From: an uncultured delta proteobacterium
GTDB lineage: Bacteria > Desulfobacterota > Desulfomonilia > UBA1062
Reading direction: 5' to 3'
Assembly: GCA_963785235.1 (NCBI GenBank)
Contig: CAWAUM010000013.1
Span: forward strand, 96,001-160,000
DNA length: 64,000 nucleotides
Shown here piece after piece: positions 31,177-41,363 of the stretch (within the stretch, counting starts at the first letter, position 1; each line of letters opens with the position of its first letter). Under the pieces are notes generated by a model. The model saw nothing but the letters and a program-made list of their open reading frames with translations. It was not told the origin of the DNA and made no database searches. The position numbers were made by a program, and so were the translations under genes.

Positions 31177-33729
31177 TCACGCCCAGCAGATCAATCCCAT
31201 ATCCACCGGGTAGATGAGGTTCGGGTGAGACGGCAGTATCCTCACGGAATACCCGAATCGTCCGGTGTTATCGCAGGTGATGCGGGACTCAAAGACATGG
31301 AGACCCTTGCCAAGTCTCCTTGATGTGGTCCATCATCACGTCCTTTGCCTCATAGAGGTTTCCTGCATCATCGATGTTCCCGTAATACACCCGCACACTG
31401 ACGTCCGATGGGCTTATGGTTCCAAGCTTTACCTCGGCCCGGATAGTGATGTCGCTGTGCACCGCCACCTCATCGCCCCCTTCATGGCTGATATCCTGCA
31501 CCGCCACATCACCCCACCTGGAAGCAAGCGAATCCTTCCACTTGACCACCTGGCGCACGGTCTTGTAGTTGTCGGACATCAGTGTCTTCACATTCAGGGC
31601 TGCGGCCATGTAGCACCTGTCCGTGTATTCCTCCACCATGCGGTTGGAGTTGAACACCGGGCACAGGGTACGCATGGATTTCTTCATCATGGCTATCCAT
31701 CCCCTGGGCAGCCCGTCGAGTCCTCGTTCATAGAACAGGGGGATGACCTCGCGCTCCATCAGGTCGTAGATGGCCTTGCTTTCCACCTGATCCTGGTAGT
31801 CGTAGTTGTCATAGACCTCGCCGTCTCCAATGGACCACCCGAGATCAGGGTGATACCCCTCCACCCACCAGCCATCCTGAACGCTCATGTTGATGGCACC
31901 GTTTGCCGTTGCCTTCATGCCTGATGTGCCGCATGCCTCTAAAGGACGTCTGGGGCTGTTGAGCCACACATCCACACCCTCAACAAGGTAGCGTGCGATG
32001 TTCATGTTATAGTCCTCCAGGAACACGATCTTGTCCCTGAAAGGCTCTTCCCTGGCGATATGAATGATCTTCTGGATGATGGTCTTCCCCTCGTGGTCCC
32101 TGGGATGGGCCTTGCCTGCAACGATAAGCTGCACCGGGACCTCGCGGTTTGCGAGGATCGCCTTGAGGCGGTCTATATCCCTGAAGATGAGGAGCCCGCG
32201 CTTATAGGTGGCAAACGCCTGGCATATCCGATGGTGAGCGCATCCGGGTGCAGAGTCTCCATGGCCCTCTGGATATCCTTCGGTTTGGCGCCGCGTGTGG
32301 AGAGCTGCTTCATGAGTTTTTTGCGTGCAAAGGCAACCAGCCTCTCTCTGCGCCGCTGGTGGGTGGACCACAGCTCGGCATCGGGTATTTCGTCGATCCG
32401 TTCCCAGACCTTCTGGTTGTCCGGGTCTTCCTTCCACTTGGGTCCGAGGTACCGGTCGAAGAGTTCGGCCATTTCATCGGATATCCACGAAGGAATATGG
32501 ATGCCGTTGGTGATGGAGGAGATGGGTACATCCACTATCTTGACATGTGGCCAGATATCCCTCCACATATCCCTGGATACCTCGCCATGGAGCTTGCTTA
32601 CGCCATTACGGAAGGTTGAGTTCCTCAATGCAAATACCGTTGCGCCAAAGCCCTCTTTATCGTCATAGGGGTTCTTCCTGCCAAGGGCGACAAAATCGGA
32701 CCACTTGATGCTTGAGTCATCCACAAAGGGCTTGATATATTTTTCCATGAGCCCCATCTCAAAAACATCGTTTCCTGCAGGGACCGGGGTGTGTGTAGTG
32801 AATACAAGCGAGGCCCTCACCACCTCCCGGGCGGTGTTGAAATCCATGTTTTTCCTCTTCATGAGGTTGCGGATGTGCTCTAATCCGACCAAGAAGCTAT
32901 GCCCCTCGTTCATATGGTACACCATGGGGTCAATCCCCAGGGCATCCAGTGCACGCATGCCGCCGATGCCCAGGAGAATCTCCTGCCTGAGCCTGTCCTC
33001 CTGGTTGCCCGCATAGAGCCCGCCCGTTATGGCCCGCTCATCCGGGTGGTTCTCTTCCAGATTGGTGTCAAGCAGATACAAAGGCACCCTTCCCACCTGG
33101 CATTTCCATATCTGCGCCCAGCAATCCCTGTCTCCAAGCCTTACTGTTATCTTGATGGGCTTTCCGCTGTCATTGGACTCCAGCATGAGGGCCATATGGT
33201 AGAAGTCGTTGTCCGGCGACTCCTCCTGTTGCCAGCCGTCCCAGCTCAGGTATTGGGTGAAGTAGCCGTGTTTGTACATGAGCCCCACCCCGCACAGCGG
33301 CAGACGCAGATCGCTGGCGCTTTTCAGGTGGTCGCCGGCAAGTACCCCTAAACCGCCTGAGTAGATGGGCAGGCTCTCGGTAAGACCGAATTCCATGGAA
33401 AAATATGCTATGGTGAAGTCGATGGGCTGGGCCAGCAGGAAGGAATAAACGCCCTTTTCAGCAATATAGTCCTCGAATTCCTCATGGGTCTTTCTCATCT
33501 GAGAAAGGAATCCCTCGTCTTCCATGAGGTCCATGATGCGGCCCTGGGAGATGCGGGAGAGCATGTCCACAGGATTGTGCCCCGTTTCTTCCCACAGGTC
33601 CCTGTCCATATGCTGGAAGAGCCTCAGTCCCTTGTGGTTCCAGCAGTACCAGATATTGTACGCCAGCGAAAGTATGGGATTAAGCATTTCGGGGAGTGTT
33701 GGAATTACTCTAAATGATCTGATCTTCAT
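31177..33729 (-). CDS. glgP: Alpha-glucan (glycogen) phosphorylase, two frameshifts (~32214, ~31315)
   Basis: YFSMEFG, YSGGLGVLAGD, HMNEGH, FTTHTPV, (ARR)FATYKR, EACGTSGMK (PLP Lys); the C-terminus continues in a third frame to ...GLICWA*. Confidence 0.93.
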
Positions 33730-33941
33730 GAGAGCCCCTTTCTTTATTCACATAATCATATGCGGTTCCCTTGAAGGCATCCCCCCTCAAGCTATCCCCA
33801 CAATGATGAACGGCTTTTGCAGTCATATGCCTGCAATCCGCTTTAAGCCGAATCGGCACTATCACAGAAAATATATAACAAAATTCGTTCATAATCACAA
33901 AAACCGTACCACAGCGAGTGTGTTACCCTTAAGGAAAGGTA

Positions 33942-34703
33942 CTAATCCTTTATGGCTGCGGGGGTCTTCAATGCCTTTTTTGCCTTCTTGGCAGCATCAG
34001 TCTTGGGGTGGTCCTTAATAAGCTGCTGCAAGATAAGGGTGCCGGTATCCTTGTCGCCCATTTTCAGGAATGACAGCCCCTCTTTGTAGAGGGCTTCAGG
34101 AACCTTGTCGCTGTCCTTGAACTTCTTCACCACCGTATCATAGCTTAATATTGCGTCATCATACTTGGCCAGGGCATAGAGGGACTCGCCCATGGTGAAG
34201 TAGGCATCATCGGCCAGGCCGGGGTCAGGATTCTGTGCGAGAAAACCCTTGAAGTCCTGAACCGCATCGTTATAAAGGCCTGCCTTGAATTTTTCAAACC
34301 CGCTGTCATAGAGCGACTTCTGGGCAGCAACAGTTCCTTTGTTCGGGGGCTGTTCCTTGTTCTGAAGCTGGTCCTTGAGTGCCTGGACATCCTTCTCGAG
34401 CTTGGAGATCCTGGTCTCCCCTCCCCCGCTTGGGGTGAGACCCGCAGAGGCCAGGACCTGGTCTACAGATCCCTGCATGGTGAACATCTGATTCTGCAGC
34501 TCTGAATACTTGTTCTGCAGCTCACCCTGCTGCTTCATGGTCTTTTCCAGGAGCTTGTCCTTTTCCGCCGACTTCTTCTCCTCCTGGGACATTCGCGACT
34601 GAAGCATGTCTACCTGCCCCTTGAGAAGATCGAGATCCTGCCTCGTGGCACACCCGGACATTACCAGTAATGCTATGAACAAAAACAGGATAGACTGTTT
34701 CAT
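33942..34703 (-). CDS. cpoB: Tol-Pal system protein CpoB/YbgF (lipoprotein, coiled coil plus TPR)
   Basis: Lipobox-like MSGC; coiled coil; TPR motifs (ADDAYF.MGE, KVPEALYK); follows pal. Confidence 0.88.
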   Translation of the reverse strand: MKQSILFLFIALLVMSGCATRQDLDLLKGQVDMLQSRMSQEEKKSAEKDKLLEKTMKQQGELQNKYSELQNQMFTMQGSVDQVLASAGLTPSGGGETRISKLEKDVQALKDQLQNKEQPPNKGTVAAQKSLYDSGFEKFKAGLYNDAVQDFKGFLAQNPDPGLADDAYFTMGESLYALAKYDDAILSYDTVVKKFKDSDKVPEALYKEGLSFLKMGDKDTGTLILQQLIKDHPKTDAAKKAKKALKTPAAIKD

Positions 34704-34708
34704 GCTTT

Positions 34709-35290
34709 CTACTCCCCAAGAATGGCAAAGTGGGTCCTTCTGTTCTTGGCCCATGCCGCCTCGTTATGTCCGCCATCAAGAGGTTTCTCTTCCCCGTAGG
34801 ATACCGTATCAAGCCTCTCGGAGGCTATACCCAGGAAGACAAGATAGTCCTGGGCTGCCTTGGCGCGCCTTTCACCCAGGGCAAGATTGTATTCGGGTGT
34901 GCCACGCTCATCGCAGTTGCCCTCGATGCGGACCTTGATAGCTGAGTGCGAATTCAGGAATCCGGCCTTTTCCGCAAGGATCTTCTTGGCCTCTGTGGTG
35001 AGATCGAAGCTGTCATACTCAAAATAGATATCCGTATTTTCAAAGGCGACACGGGCCTGCTCAAGGGCGCCCTTTCCTGTGGTCGTTCCAGAACCAAGGC
35101 CGGCCTCCGGTGTTCCCATTTTCATATCAGTGGGCTCTTTTGTCGTTTCAGTGGGGGTTTGGGGCTGGGGTTTGGGTATCTCTGTGGCAACAACAGGCTC
35201 CAGGGCCTGTTTAGCACAGCCCAGGCTGAATAAAACCGCACAGAGTATCATCAGGGTGTACATGAAACGAATTGTGCTGTTCATAATCAT
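34709..35290 (-). CDS. pal: Peptidoglycan-associated lipoprotein Pal
   Basis: Lipobox SLGC; IYFEYD, IEGNCDERGTPEYNLALGERRA, SYGEEKP, AKNRR. Confidence 0.96.
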   Translation of the reverse strand: MIMNSTIRFMYTLMILCAVLFSLGCAKQALEPVVATEIPKPQPQTPTETTKEPTDMKMGTPEAGLGSGTTTGKGALEQARVAFENTDIYFEYDSFDLTTEAKKILAEKAGFLNSHSAIKVRIEGNCDERGTPEYNLALGERRAKAAQDYLVFLGIASERLDTVSYGEEKPLDGGHNEAAWAKNRRTHFAILGE

Positions 35291-35357
35291 TCTCCTTACC
35301 GTTGTGGAGTAGTTTTACTGTAATCCAACATAAGACCAGGTCAAGCCCAAATATCTT

Positions 35358-36635
35358 TCATTTCATGGGCAGCGACCATGAAGGCTCGGAAAATCCTCCT
35401 CCCGCAGTAATGGGTATGGATATGGTCCCCAGGAGGTCTGTAATATAGATATTACCATCAGCCCCGGCAAAAGCAATAAGCCTTCCATCAGGGGAAAAGG
35501 CCGGGGATTCATCGCCAAGGCCCGTTCCGGGGAGCACCCGGAAATTCGTGCCATCGGTTTTGATAGTTGCAATATAATATTTTCCATTCGCAGCAAGGGA
35601 TGAAAACACCACAAGATCCCCTTTAGGAGAAAAAGCCGGCTCTGAGTTGTATTTTCCCTCATAGGTGAGCCTTCGCACATTCTTGGTGGCAAGTTCCATA
35701 ATGAAAATCTGGGGATTTCCTGCCCGGGAAGAGCAGAAGACCATACTTTTCCCATCCATGGAAAAGGATGGAGATGTATCGGTTGCATAACTGGTTGTGA
35801 GCCGCGATTTCCCTGTGCCATCCAGGTTTATTAAGTAGATCTCAGGATTTCCATCACTCGATAGCGTTACTCCTATTCTGCTGCCTGATGAATCAAAGGC
35901 AGGTGAGGTGTTGATGCCTTTCCTCGCCGATATGGACCTCACATTGTAGCTGGCAAGGTCAAGCAGGTAGATATCCGGATTGTTTTTCCAGTAGGATACA
36001 AATGCAATCTTTTTTCCATCGCGAGACCATGCCGGGCTTAATACGAGGCTGCCTCCGCCTGTAATGGTCTTTCCCCCGGTCCCGTCGCAAAACATCACAT
36101 GGAGCTGTTTTTTCCCTTTTTCTTTCTTGATACAGGCGATCTTGGAGGAGAAGATTCCGTCAAGGGCGAATTTGGACTGGAGGATATGGTCCATGAACGC
36201 ATGGACAGCCATGTACATGGTCTGTTCACCACTGGTAAAAGTGGTGTTCTCAATGATCTGGCCCGTGCCGACCTCCACCATCTGCACCTTGAACAAGCCT
36301 GAAGTGCCTTGCCTTGAAACCGTAGCGGCTATTACATAGTCCGCCCCGATAAGCGAGAAGTCCTTCAGCGATGCTTGCTGGACATCGCCAAGTGGGCCGG
36401 GATTGACATAACTCTGGGGCGAGATGACATCAAAGAGCCCTGAAAGTGCAAGGTCCTTGGCGCACATGGCCCAAACCGATCCGGCCATGTCCCCGGGCCC
36501 TGCATAGGTCGGCATGGCAACCTTCATCTTTCGAAATCCGCTTGCCTCTATGTCGATATGGACCTGCTGTGCATACGCATTCAAATGAAATAAGACCATA
36601 CTTGCCAAAATGAGAGAACAGAATCTGCGCATCAA
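35358..36635 (-). CDS. tolB: TolB
   Basis: TolB N-domain and PD40 repeats (SPAWS, SPAF, SPSFS, EPAFSP, EPSWS). Confidence 0.92.
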   Translation of the reverse strand: MMRRFCSLILASMVLFHLNAYAQQVHIDIEASGFRKMKVAMPTYAGPGDMAGSVWAMCAKDLALSGLFDVISPQSYVNPGPLGDVQQASLKDFSLIGADYVIAATVSRQGTSGLFKVQMVEVGTGQIIENTTFTSGEQTMYMAVHAFMDHILQSKFALDGIFSSKIACIKKEKGKKQLHVMFCDGTGGKTITGGGSLVLSPAWSRDGKKIAFVSYWKNNPDIYLLDLASYNVRSISARKGINTSPAFDSSGSRIGVTLSSDGNPEIYLINLDGTGKSRLTTSYATDTSPSFSMDGKSMVFCSSRAGNPQIFIMELATKNVRRLTYEGKYNSEPAFSPKGDLVVFSSLAANGKYYIATIKTDGTNFRVLPGTGLGDESPAFSPDGRLIAFAGADGNIYITDLLGTISIPITAGGGFSEPSWSLPMK

Positions 36636-37342
36636 TGTGCTCCTTTCGGTGGTGTGAATGACATGGTAACCTCGACCCAGTCCTCGCCTGCAATGAGCAT
36701 CAGCGGAGGCACCGCGAAGCGGCTCGCCCTGCCAAGGGCGATGAGTATCGACCGGTCAAAGGGCACATTGCCCGAGGACACCAGGAGTTTCTTCTGGAGC
36801 AGCTCACCTGTCCTGCTTATACGCAGGAGATACGTGGTCTGCAGCCTTGCATCCATATTCTCGATCTCCGGAGGGGTCTTCCAGAGGCCCTCCACCATGC
36901 CCCTGACCTTTGTCTTCCATAGGGCGATCTCGGATGAAGTCCCTCCGGCAGGGCCATGTGCCTGTCCTGAGCCTGCACCGGTTGGTCCCTGGGGCTTAAT
37001 AAGGTTCCCTGTATACGGCATGTCCTGACTTTCTACAGGCGCCTCAGGCTTGATGTCCGAAGGTGAAAGTGTAGGTGAGGACTCTTTGGTGGCCTTCTCC
37101 TTTTTAACCTCACCAAGGGAGACCTTCTTGGACTTCCTCTCAACAATATACCTCTTGCCTTGGGGAATGGATACACCCTTAGATGCCCCTGCTGCGGCAG
37201 GCATTCCTCCAACGATGGAAACCTCATAAACTTCGGCAGTATCCGGCACCTTGCCGGAAAAGCGAACATCCACCATGGCCAGGACCAACCCGGCATGGCA
37301 GAGGAGAGATATGATGATAAATTTTCTTAATGACCGCATCAA
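36632..37342 (-). CDS. tolA: TolA/TonB C-terminal domain protein
   Basis: N-terminal SLLCH TM motif; SSGNVPFDRS; located between tolR and tolB. Confidence 0.78.
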   Translation of the reverse strand: MMRSLRKFIIISLLCHAGLVLAMVDVRFSGKVPDTAEVYEVSIVGGMPAAAGASKGVSIPQGKRYIVERKSKKVSLGEVKKEKATKESSPTLSPSDIKPEAPVESQDMPYTGNLIKPQGPTGAGSGQAHGPAGGTSSEIALWKTKVRGMVEGLWKTPPEIENMDARLQTTYLLRISRTGELLQKKLLVSSGNVPFDRSILIALGRASRFAVPPLMLIAGEDWVEVTMSFTPPKGAH

Positions 37343-37347
37343 AGATC

Positions 37348-37752
37348 TTATTTGTTTACCGGAGGTTGGGTTACCAGGCCGATCTTTGTCAGTCCGCTCG
37401 CACGTATGACAGACATCACCTGGACTACAAATCCATACGGGATACCCTTATCGGCCTGCAGGTAAACTGCCTCCACGCTCCTTTGTTCCTTGATCTGGCT
37501 CAGGACCATTTCGAGCCTGCCGAGCTCCACAGGCGATCCATTGATGTCAACAATCTTATTGTTTCCTATGGTGACCACAAGATCCTGGCTCTCGCCCATG
37601 GCCCGGGCTTCGGCCTCGGGCAGGTCAACCTTCATGCCCTCCTTCATCATGGGGGCCGATATCATAAAGATGATGAGCAGTACGAGCATGACATCCACAA
37701 ACGGGGTTACATTGATCTGTGCCACATAGTCTTTACGTCTATTTATCTGCAT
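37348..37752 (-). CDS. tolR: TolR
   Basis: INVTPFVDVMLVLLIIFMI, ADKGIPYG. Confidence 0.92.
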   Translation of the reverse strand: MQINRRKDYVAQINVTPFVDVMLVLLIIFMISAPMMKEGMKVDLPEAEARAMGESQDLVVTIGNNKIVDINGSPVELGRLEMVLSQIKEQRSVEAVYLQADKGIPYGFVVQVMSVIRASGLTKIGLVTQPPVNK

Positions 37753-38452
37753 TGAACATCCCCCTGCGCAGCAGGTTTATGAAGTCCATATGAAACTGGT
37801 CCATCTGGGCCGAGGCATGGGCGATGAGGCTCGTGAAGTAGTTATAGAAAAGCACAGCCGGTATGGCCACAAAGAGGCCTGCGGCAGTGGCGATGAGGGC
37901 TTCCGATATTCCGGGCGCAACGGTGGCGAGGTTGGCGGAGCCCATGAGTGCGATGTGCCTGAAGGAATCCATGATACCCCAGACGGTGCCGAACAGCCCG
38001 ATAAAGGGGCTGGCATTGCTGATGCTCGCCAGGAAGCCCAGGCCATAGCCCAGGTCCATACCCTGCCGTGCATGGGCATTGGTCAGTCTGGCTTCTATGT
38101 TCGGTATCATGGCCTGGCTGATCATACCCGTCTTGCCGGTGAGCTTGTTCACTTCATCAAGGGCCTCTTCAAACATCATGGCTACAGGGCACTCGCCTGC
38201 TTTGGCAATGGCATCCTTGATCTTGGCCAGGGTGGAGGTCTTGGCAACCACGTCCAGTATGGCCTTCGACCTCTTACGGGCCCTGGTAAACATGATCCAC
38301 CTCTGGATAATGATGCCCCAGGAAAAGATTGAAAATATGAACAGGACCAGCAGCACAAGTTTGACAACCGGGGCTGCATCCACGATCATGGTCCCGATAT
38401 TACCGCTGAAATGTGCGGTGGCTGCATACGCAGTGGATGTCAGTAATGGCAT
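37739..38452 (-). CDS. tolQ: TolQ
   Basis: SPFIGLFGTVWGIM, VAPGISEALIATAAGL. Confidence 0.93.
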   Translation of the reverse strand: MPLLTSTAYAATAHFSGNIGTMIVDAAPVVKLVLLVLFIFSIFSWGIIIQRWIMFTRARKRSKAILDVVAKTSTLAKIKDAIAKAGECPVAMMFEEALDEVNKLTGKTGMISQAMIPNIEARLTNAHARQGMDLGYGLGFLASISNASPFIGLFGTVWGIMDSFRHIALMGSANLATVAPGISEALIATAAGLFVAIPAVLFYNYFTSLIAHASAQMDQFHMDFINLLRRGMFNADK

Positions 38453-38511
38453 TCTTAACCTCCTTGAATTTTGTTTGGTGAATAATCTATCCGATCCATC
38501 CTTGCCTCACC

Positions 38512-39504
38512 TCACCCGGCTCCTAGTCCTTTGGGCAGTGTGATAACAAAGGTAGTGCCTCCGGGGTTGGAGAGAAAGGTAATGGTGCCGGAATGCAGCT
38601 TGATGATCCGGTATGAGATGGAAAGCCCAAGCCCGATCCCTTTGGGTTTTGTGGTAAAAAACGGGTCGAAGATCCTTCCCTTCACATGATCGGGGATACC
38701 CTTGCCCGTATCGGTGATCATGATCTCCATGCGTTCGCCCTTGTCCACAAGATGGACCTCCATCCTGCCGCCGAACTCCATGGACTGGATGGCATTGATG
38801 AACACGTTCATCAGGACCTGTTGTATCATATGCGGGTCGGCCTTGATCTGTTCCTTCCTTGGCGGGTGGAACTCTATAATCTCCACATGGTTCCCACGGG
38901 CTGTATCCTGTACCATGTACACCGCATTTTCAATGATCTTCTTGAGGTCGCATGAGACGACCGAGAGTTCCCTGGGCTTGGCAAAATCGAAAAAATTAAG
39001 CAGCAGCTTGCTCAGACGATCTATCTCTACGATGATGCGTGAGACATATGCCCTGCGATGATCGCCCACCTGAAGTTCCTCATTCAGGGCCTGGGCGGTT
39101 GTCTTGATTCCTGCCAGAGGATTACGTATCTCGTGGGCGATGCCCGAGGTAAGCTCACCCACGGATGCGAGCTTATCCATCTTAAGGATCTCTTTCTGGA
39201 GCTGATTGATTTCACTGATGTCGGTCAGAAACACCACGAATCCACCTCCACCAAGGGGCAATCTGCTCAGCCGGATGGTCAGACGCTCGCTCCCCTTGGT
39301 CCGGATCATGGTCTCTTTCTTAAAGGAGTCCCGTTCTATAAGACCATCCACATTGATTTCCTTAAGGTTGGACTCATCAATGCCCAGAAAATCCAAGGCG
39401 GTCTTGTTTGCATAGATCACAGTACCGTCCTTTTCCGCAAGCATGACGCCTGCGGGCAGCATTTCGAGGATCTCGATAAGGACATCCTTATCCATGGAAC
39501 CCAT
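38512..39504 (-). CDS. PAS-domain histidine kinase (orphan)
   Basis: PAS; AHEIRNPL; DTGKG; FDPFFTTK; GIGLGL. Confidence 0.92.
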   Translation of the reverse strand: MGSMDKDVLIEILEMLPAGVMLAEKDGTVIYANKTALDFLGIDESNLKEINVDGLIERDSFKKETMIRTKGSERLTIRLSRLPLGGGGFVVFLTDISEINQLQKEILKMDKLASVGELTSGIAHEIRNPLAGIKTTAQALNEELQVGDHRRAYVSRIIVEIDRLSKLLLNFFDFAKPRELSVVSCDLKKIIENAVYMVQDTARGNHVEIIEFHPPRKEQIKADPHMIQQVLMNVFINAIQSMEFGGRMEVHLVDKGERMEIMITDTGKGIPDHVKGRIFDPFFTTKPKGIGLGLSISYRIIKLHSGTITFLSNPGGTTFVITLPKGLGAG

Positions 39505-39633
39505 ATAACCAAGTCACTTCAAAACTGCCAGAGAAATCTTATACTATCATGGCACTTTCTTCCCCCAAGCATGTATTCATTTAATACTTTGATATTTCAA
39601 ATTAAAATACTATGACAATAGTGAAACTTCATG

Positions 39634-39686
39634 TTGACTTTACTATATTATTTTAATATATAGGCATAAAGTGTCAATTAGTGTCA
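39634..39686 (+). promoter_or_regulatory. mraZ promoter with putative MraZ-binding direct repeats
   Basis: TTGACT-N17-TATATA, then AGTGTCA twice with a 10-bp period (39670, 39680). Confidence 0.6.
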
Positions 39687-39704
39687 TATTTGAGAGGGTA
39701 AACG

Positions 39705-40148
39705 GTGTTAAAAGGGCATTACGTTAACTCCATAAATGAGAAGGGTCGCTTAAGCATCCCATCCAAGTTCAGGGATATCCTGAAAGAGTGGGGAGCAGCG
39801 TATCTCGTTGTCACCAAGAGCATTGACCGTTGCCTTCTTGTATTCGCCCCTGATGACTGGGAGCGAATGGAACAAGTGGCTAAAGGCCTTTCCATGGTTA
39901 AGAAGGAAGATATCGTTTTCAAAAGACATTTCGTGGGCTCTGCCGAGGAATGCCCCATTGACGCGCAGGGCAGGATCCTTATCCCTTCAGGCCTGCGCGA
40001 TTATGCAGGTCTGAAAAAAAAGTGCCTGCTTGTAGGCATAGTAGACCGCATAGAAATCTGGGATCAGGACACATATAACCAGGGCATGGAGGAAGCACTC
40101 GAAGACTCCGAGAAGTTGCGCGAAGGGCTTGCGAAGCTCGGTCTTTAA
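39705..40148 (+). CDS. mraZ: Transcriptional regulator MraZ
   Basis: NEKGRLSIPSKFR, DAQGRILIP, DRIEIW; first gene of the dcw cluster. Confidence 0.95.
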   Translation: MLKGHYVNSINEKGRLSIPSKFRDILKEWGAAYLVVTKSIDRCLLVFAPDDWERMEQVAKGLSMVKKEDIVFKRHFVGSAEECPIDAQGRILIPSGLRDYAGLKKKCLLVGIVDRIEIWDQDTYNQGMEEALEDSEKLREGLAKLGL

Positions 40149-40152
40149 GACG

Positions 40153-41076
40153 ATGGAGCATACCAGCGTTCTTCTCAATGAGGTCCTCGAGGTGATCAGG
40201 CCGCAAAGTGGCGGAAGATATTTCGATGGCACGCTGGGCGGAGGAGGCCATTCCCAGGCTATCCTTGAAGCAAGTTCTCCGACCGGCGAACTCATAGCGT
40301 GCGACCTCGACCGAAAAGCGGTATCCCTTGCTTCAAATTCATTGGCACAATATGACACCCGCTGCCATATCTTCTGCGCCAGCTACACCGAGATAGACTC
40401 CCTATGCGCTGAACTGGACTGGAAATACCTCGACGGCATTGTCCTTGATCTCGGCATGTCATCCATCGAGCTCAATGAGGCCGAAAGGGGATTCTCCTTC
40501 GGCGCAGAAGGCCCGCTTGACATGCGATACAACTCCGAACAAAATCTCGATGCGCATGCAGTGATAAACACCTACAGCGAAGAAACACTCAGCCGGATCA
40601 TCTATACATTGGGAGAAGAGCGCTTTGCCCGCAGGATCACGCGGCACATTGTGGAATCACGACCCATCCTCACGACAAAGGCGCTTGCCGAGGTCATATC
40701 CAAGGCCATCCCCAGGAGGTTCTGGCCTAAAAAGATCCACCCGGCCACACGGACCTTCCAGGCCATTCGCATAGAGGTCAACTCCGAACTTGATAACCTC
40801 AAGGAATTCCTGCCCAAGGCCGCCGCGTTATTGTCTGAAAACGGGGTTATGGCTATCATCTCATTCCACTCGCTTGAAGACCGGATCGTAAAGCAATTTT
40901 TTGCGGGTACCGCGACCGCCCTCCTAAGCCGCCGAGGACTTCCCATGCCACAAGAATCCTCGGCGGTCTTTTTTACTCGGATTACCAAGAAACCCGTTAC
41001 CGCTTCGGCCGAAGAAATCCGGATGAACCCCAGGTCACGAAGCGCCCACCTGCGGGCCGCACGGAGGGCCACGTGA
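40153..41076 (+). CDS. rsmH: 16S rRNA C1402 methyltransferase RsmH
   Basis: HTSVLL, DGTLGGGGHS, DLGMSS, HPATRTFQAIRI, ISFHSLEDRIVK, NPRSRSA. Confidence 0.97.
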   Translation: MEHTSVLLNEVLEVIRPQSGGRYFDGTLGGGGHSQAILEASSPTGELIACDLDRKAVSLASNSLAQYDTRCHIFCASYTEIDSLCAELDWKYLDGIVLDLGMSSIELNEAERGFSFGAEGPLDMRYNSEQNLDAHAVINTYSEETLSRIIYTLGEERFARRITRHIVESRPILTTKALAEVISKAIPRRFWPKKIHPATRTFQAIRIEVNSELDNLKEFLPKAAALLSENGVMAIISFHSLEDRIVKQFFAGTATALLSRRGLPMPQESSAVFFTRITKKPVTASAEEIRMNPRSRSAHLRAARRAT

Positions 41077-41363
41077 AGCCGCTGAATACATCAAAGATCC
41101 TGCCCGGCGGTATCGTAGCGCTGCTCTTGCTGATGGTCTGGGCCATGTTCCACGTCTGGACACGTCATATGGTAACCGAACTGGGATATTCGCTGTCTGA
41201 GTCACAGGCAATCACGGAGCAGCTGTTCAGCGAGAACAAGGCCCTGAAGCTTGAGATCTCTACACTCAAGAGCTCAAAAAGACTTGAACTCATTGCAGGG
41301 AGCCAACTGGGACTAACCCCCCCCAAGCCCGAACAGGTGGTGTACCTATGGCTCGACGAATAA
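41073..41363 (+). CDS. ftsL: Cell division protein FtsL
   Basis: One TM segment plus coiled coil; RLE.IA...LGL; located between rsmH and ftsI. Confidence 0.88.
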   Translation: MKPLNTSKILPGGIVALLLLMVWAMFHVWTRHMVTELGYSLSESQAITEQLFSENKALKLEISTLKSSKRLELIAGSQLGLTPPKPEQVVYLWLDE

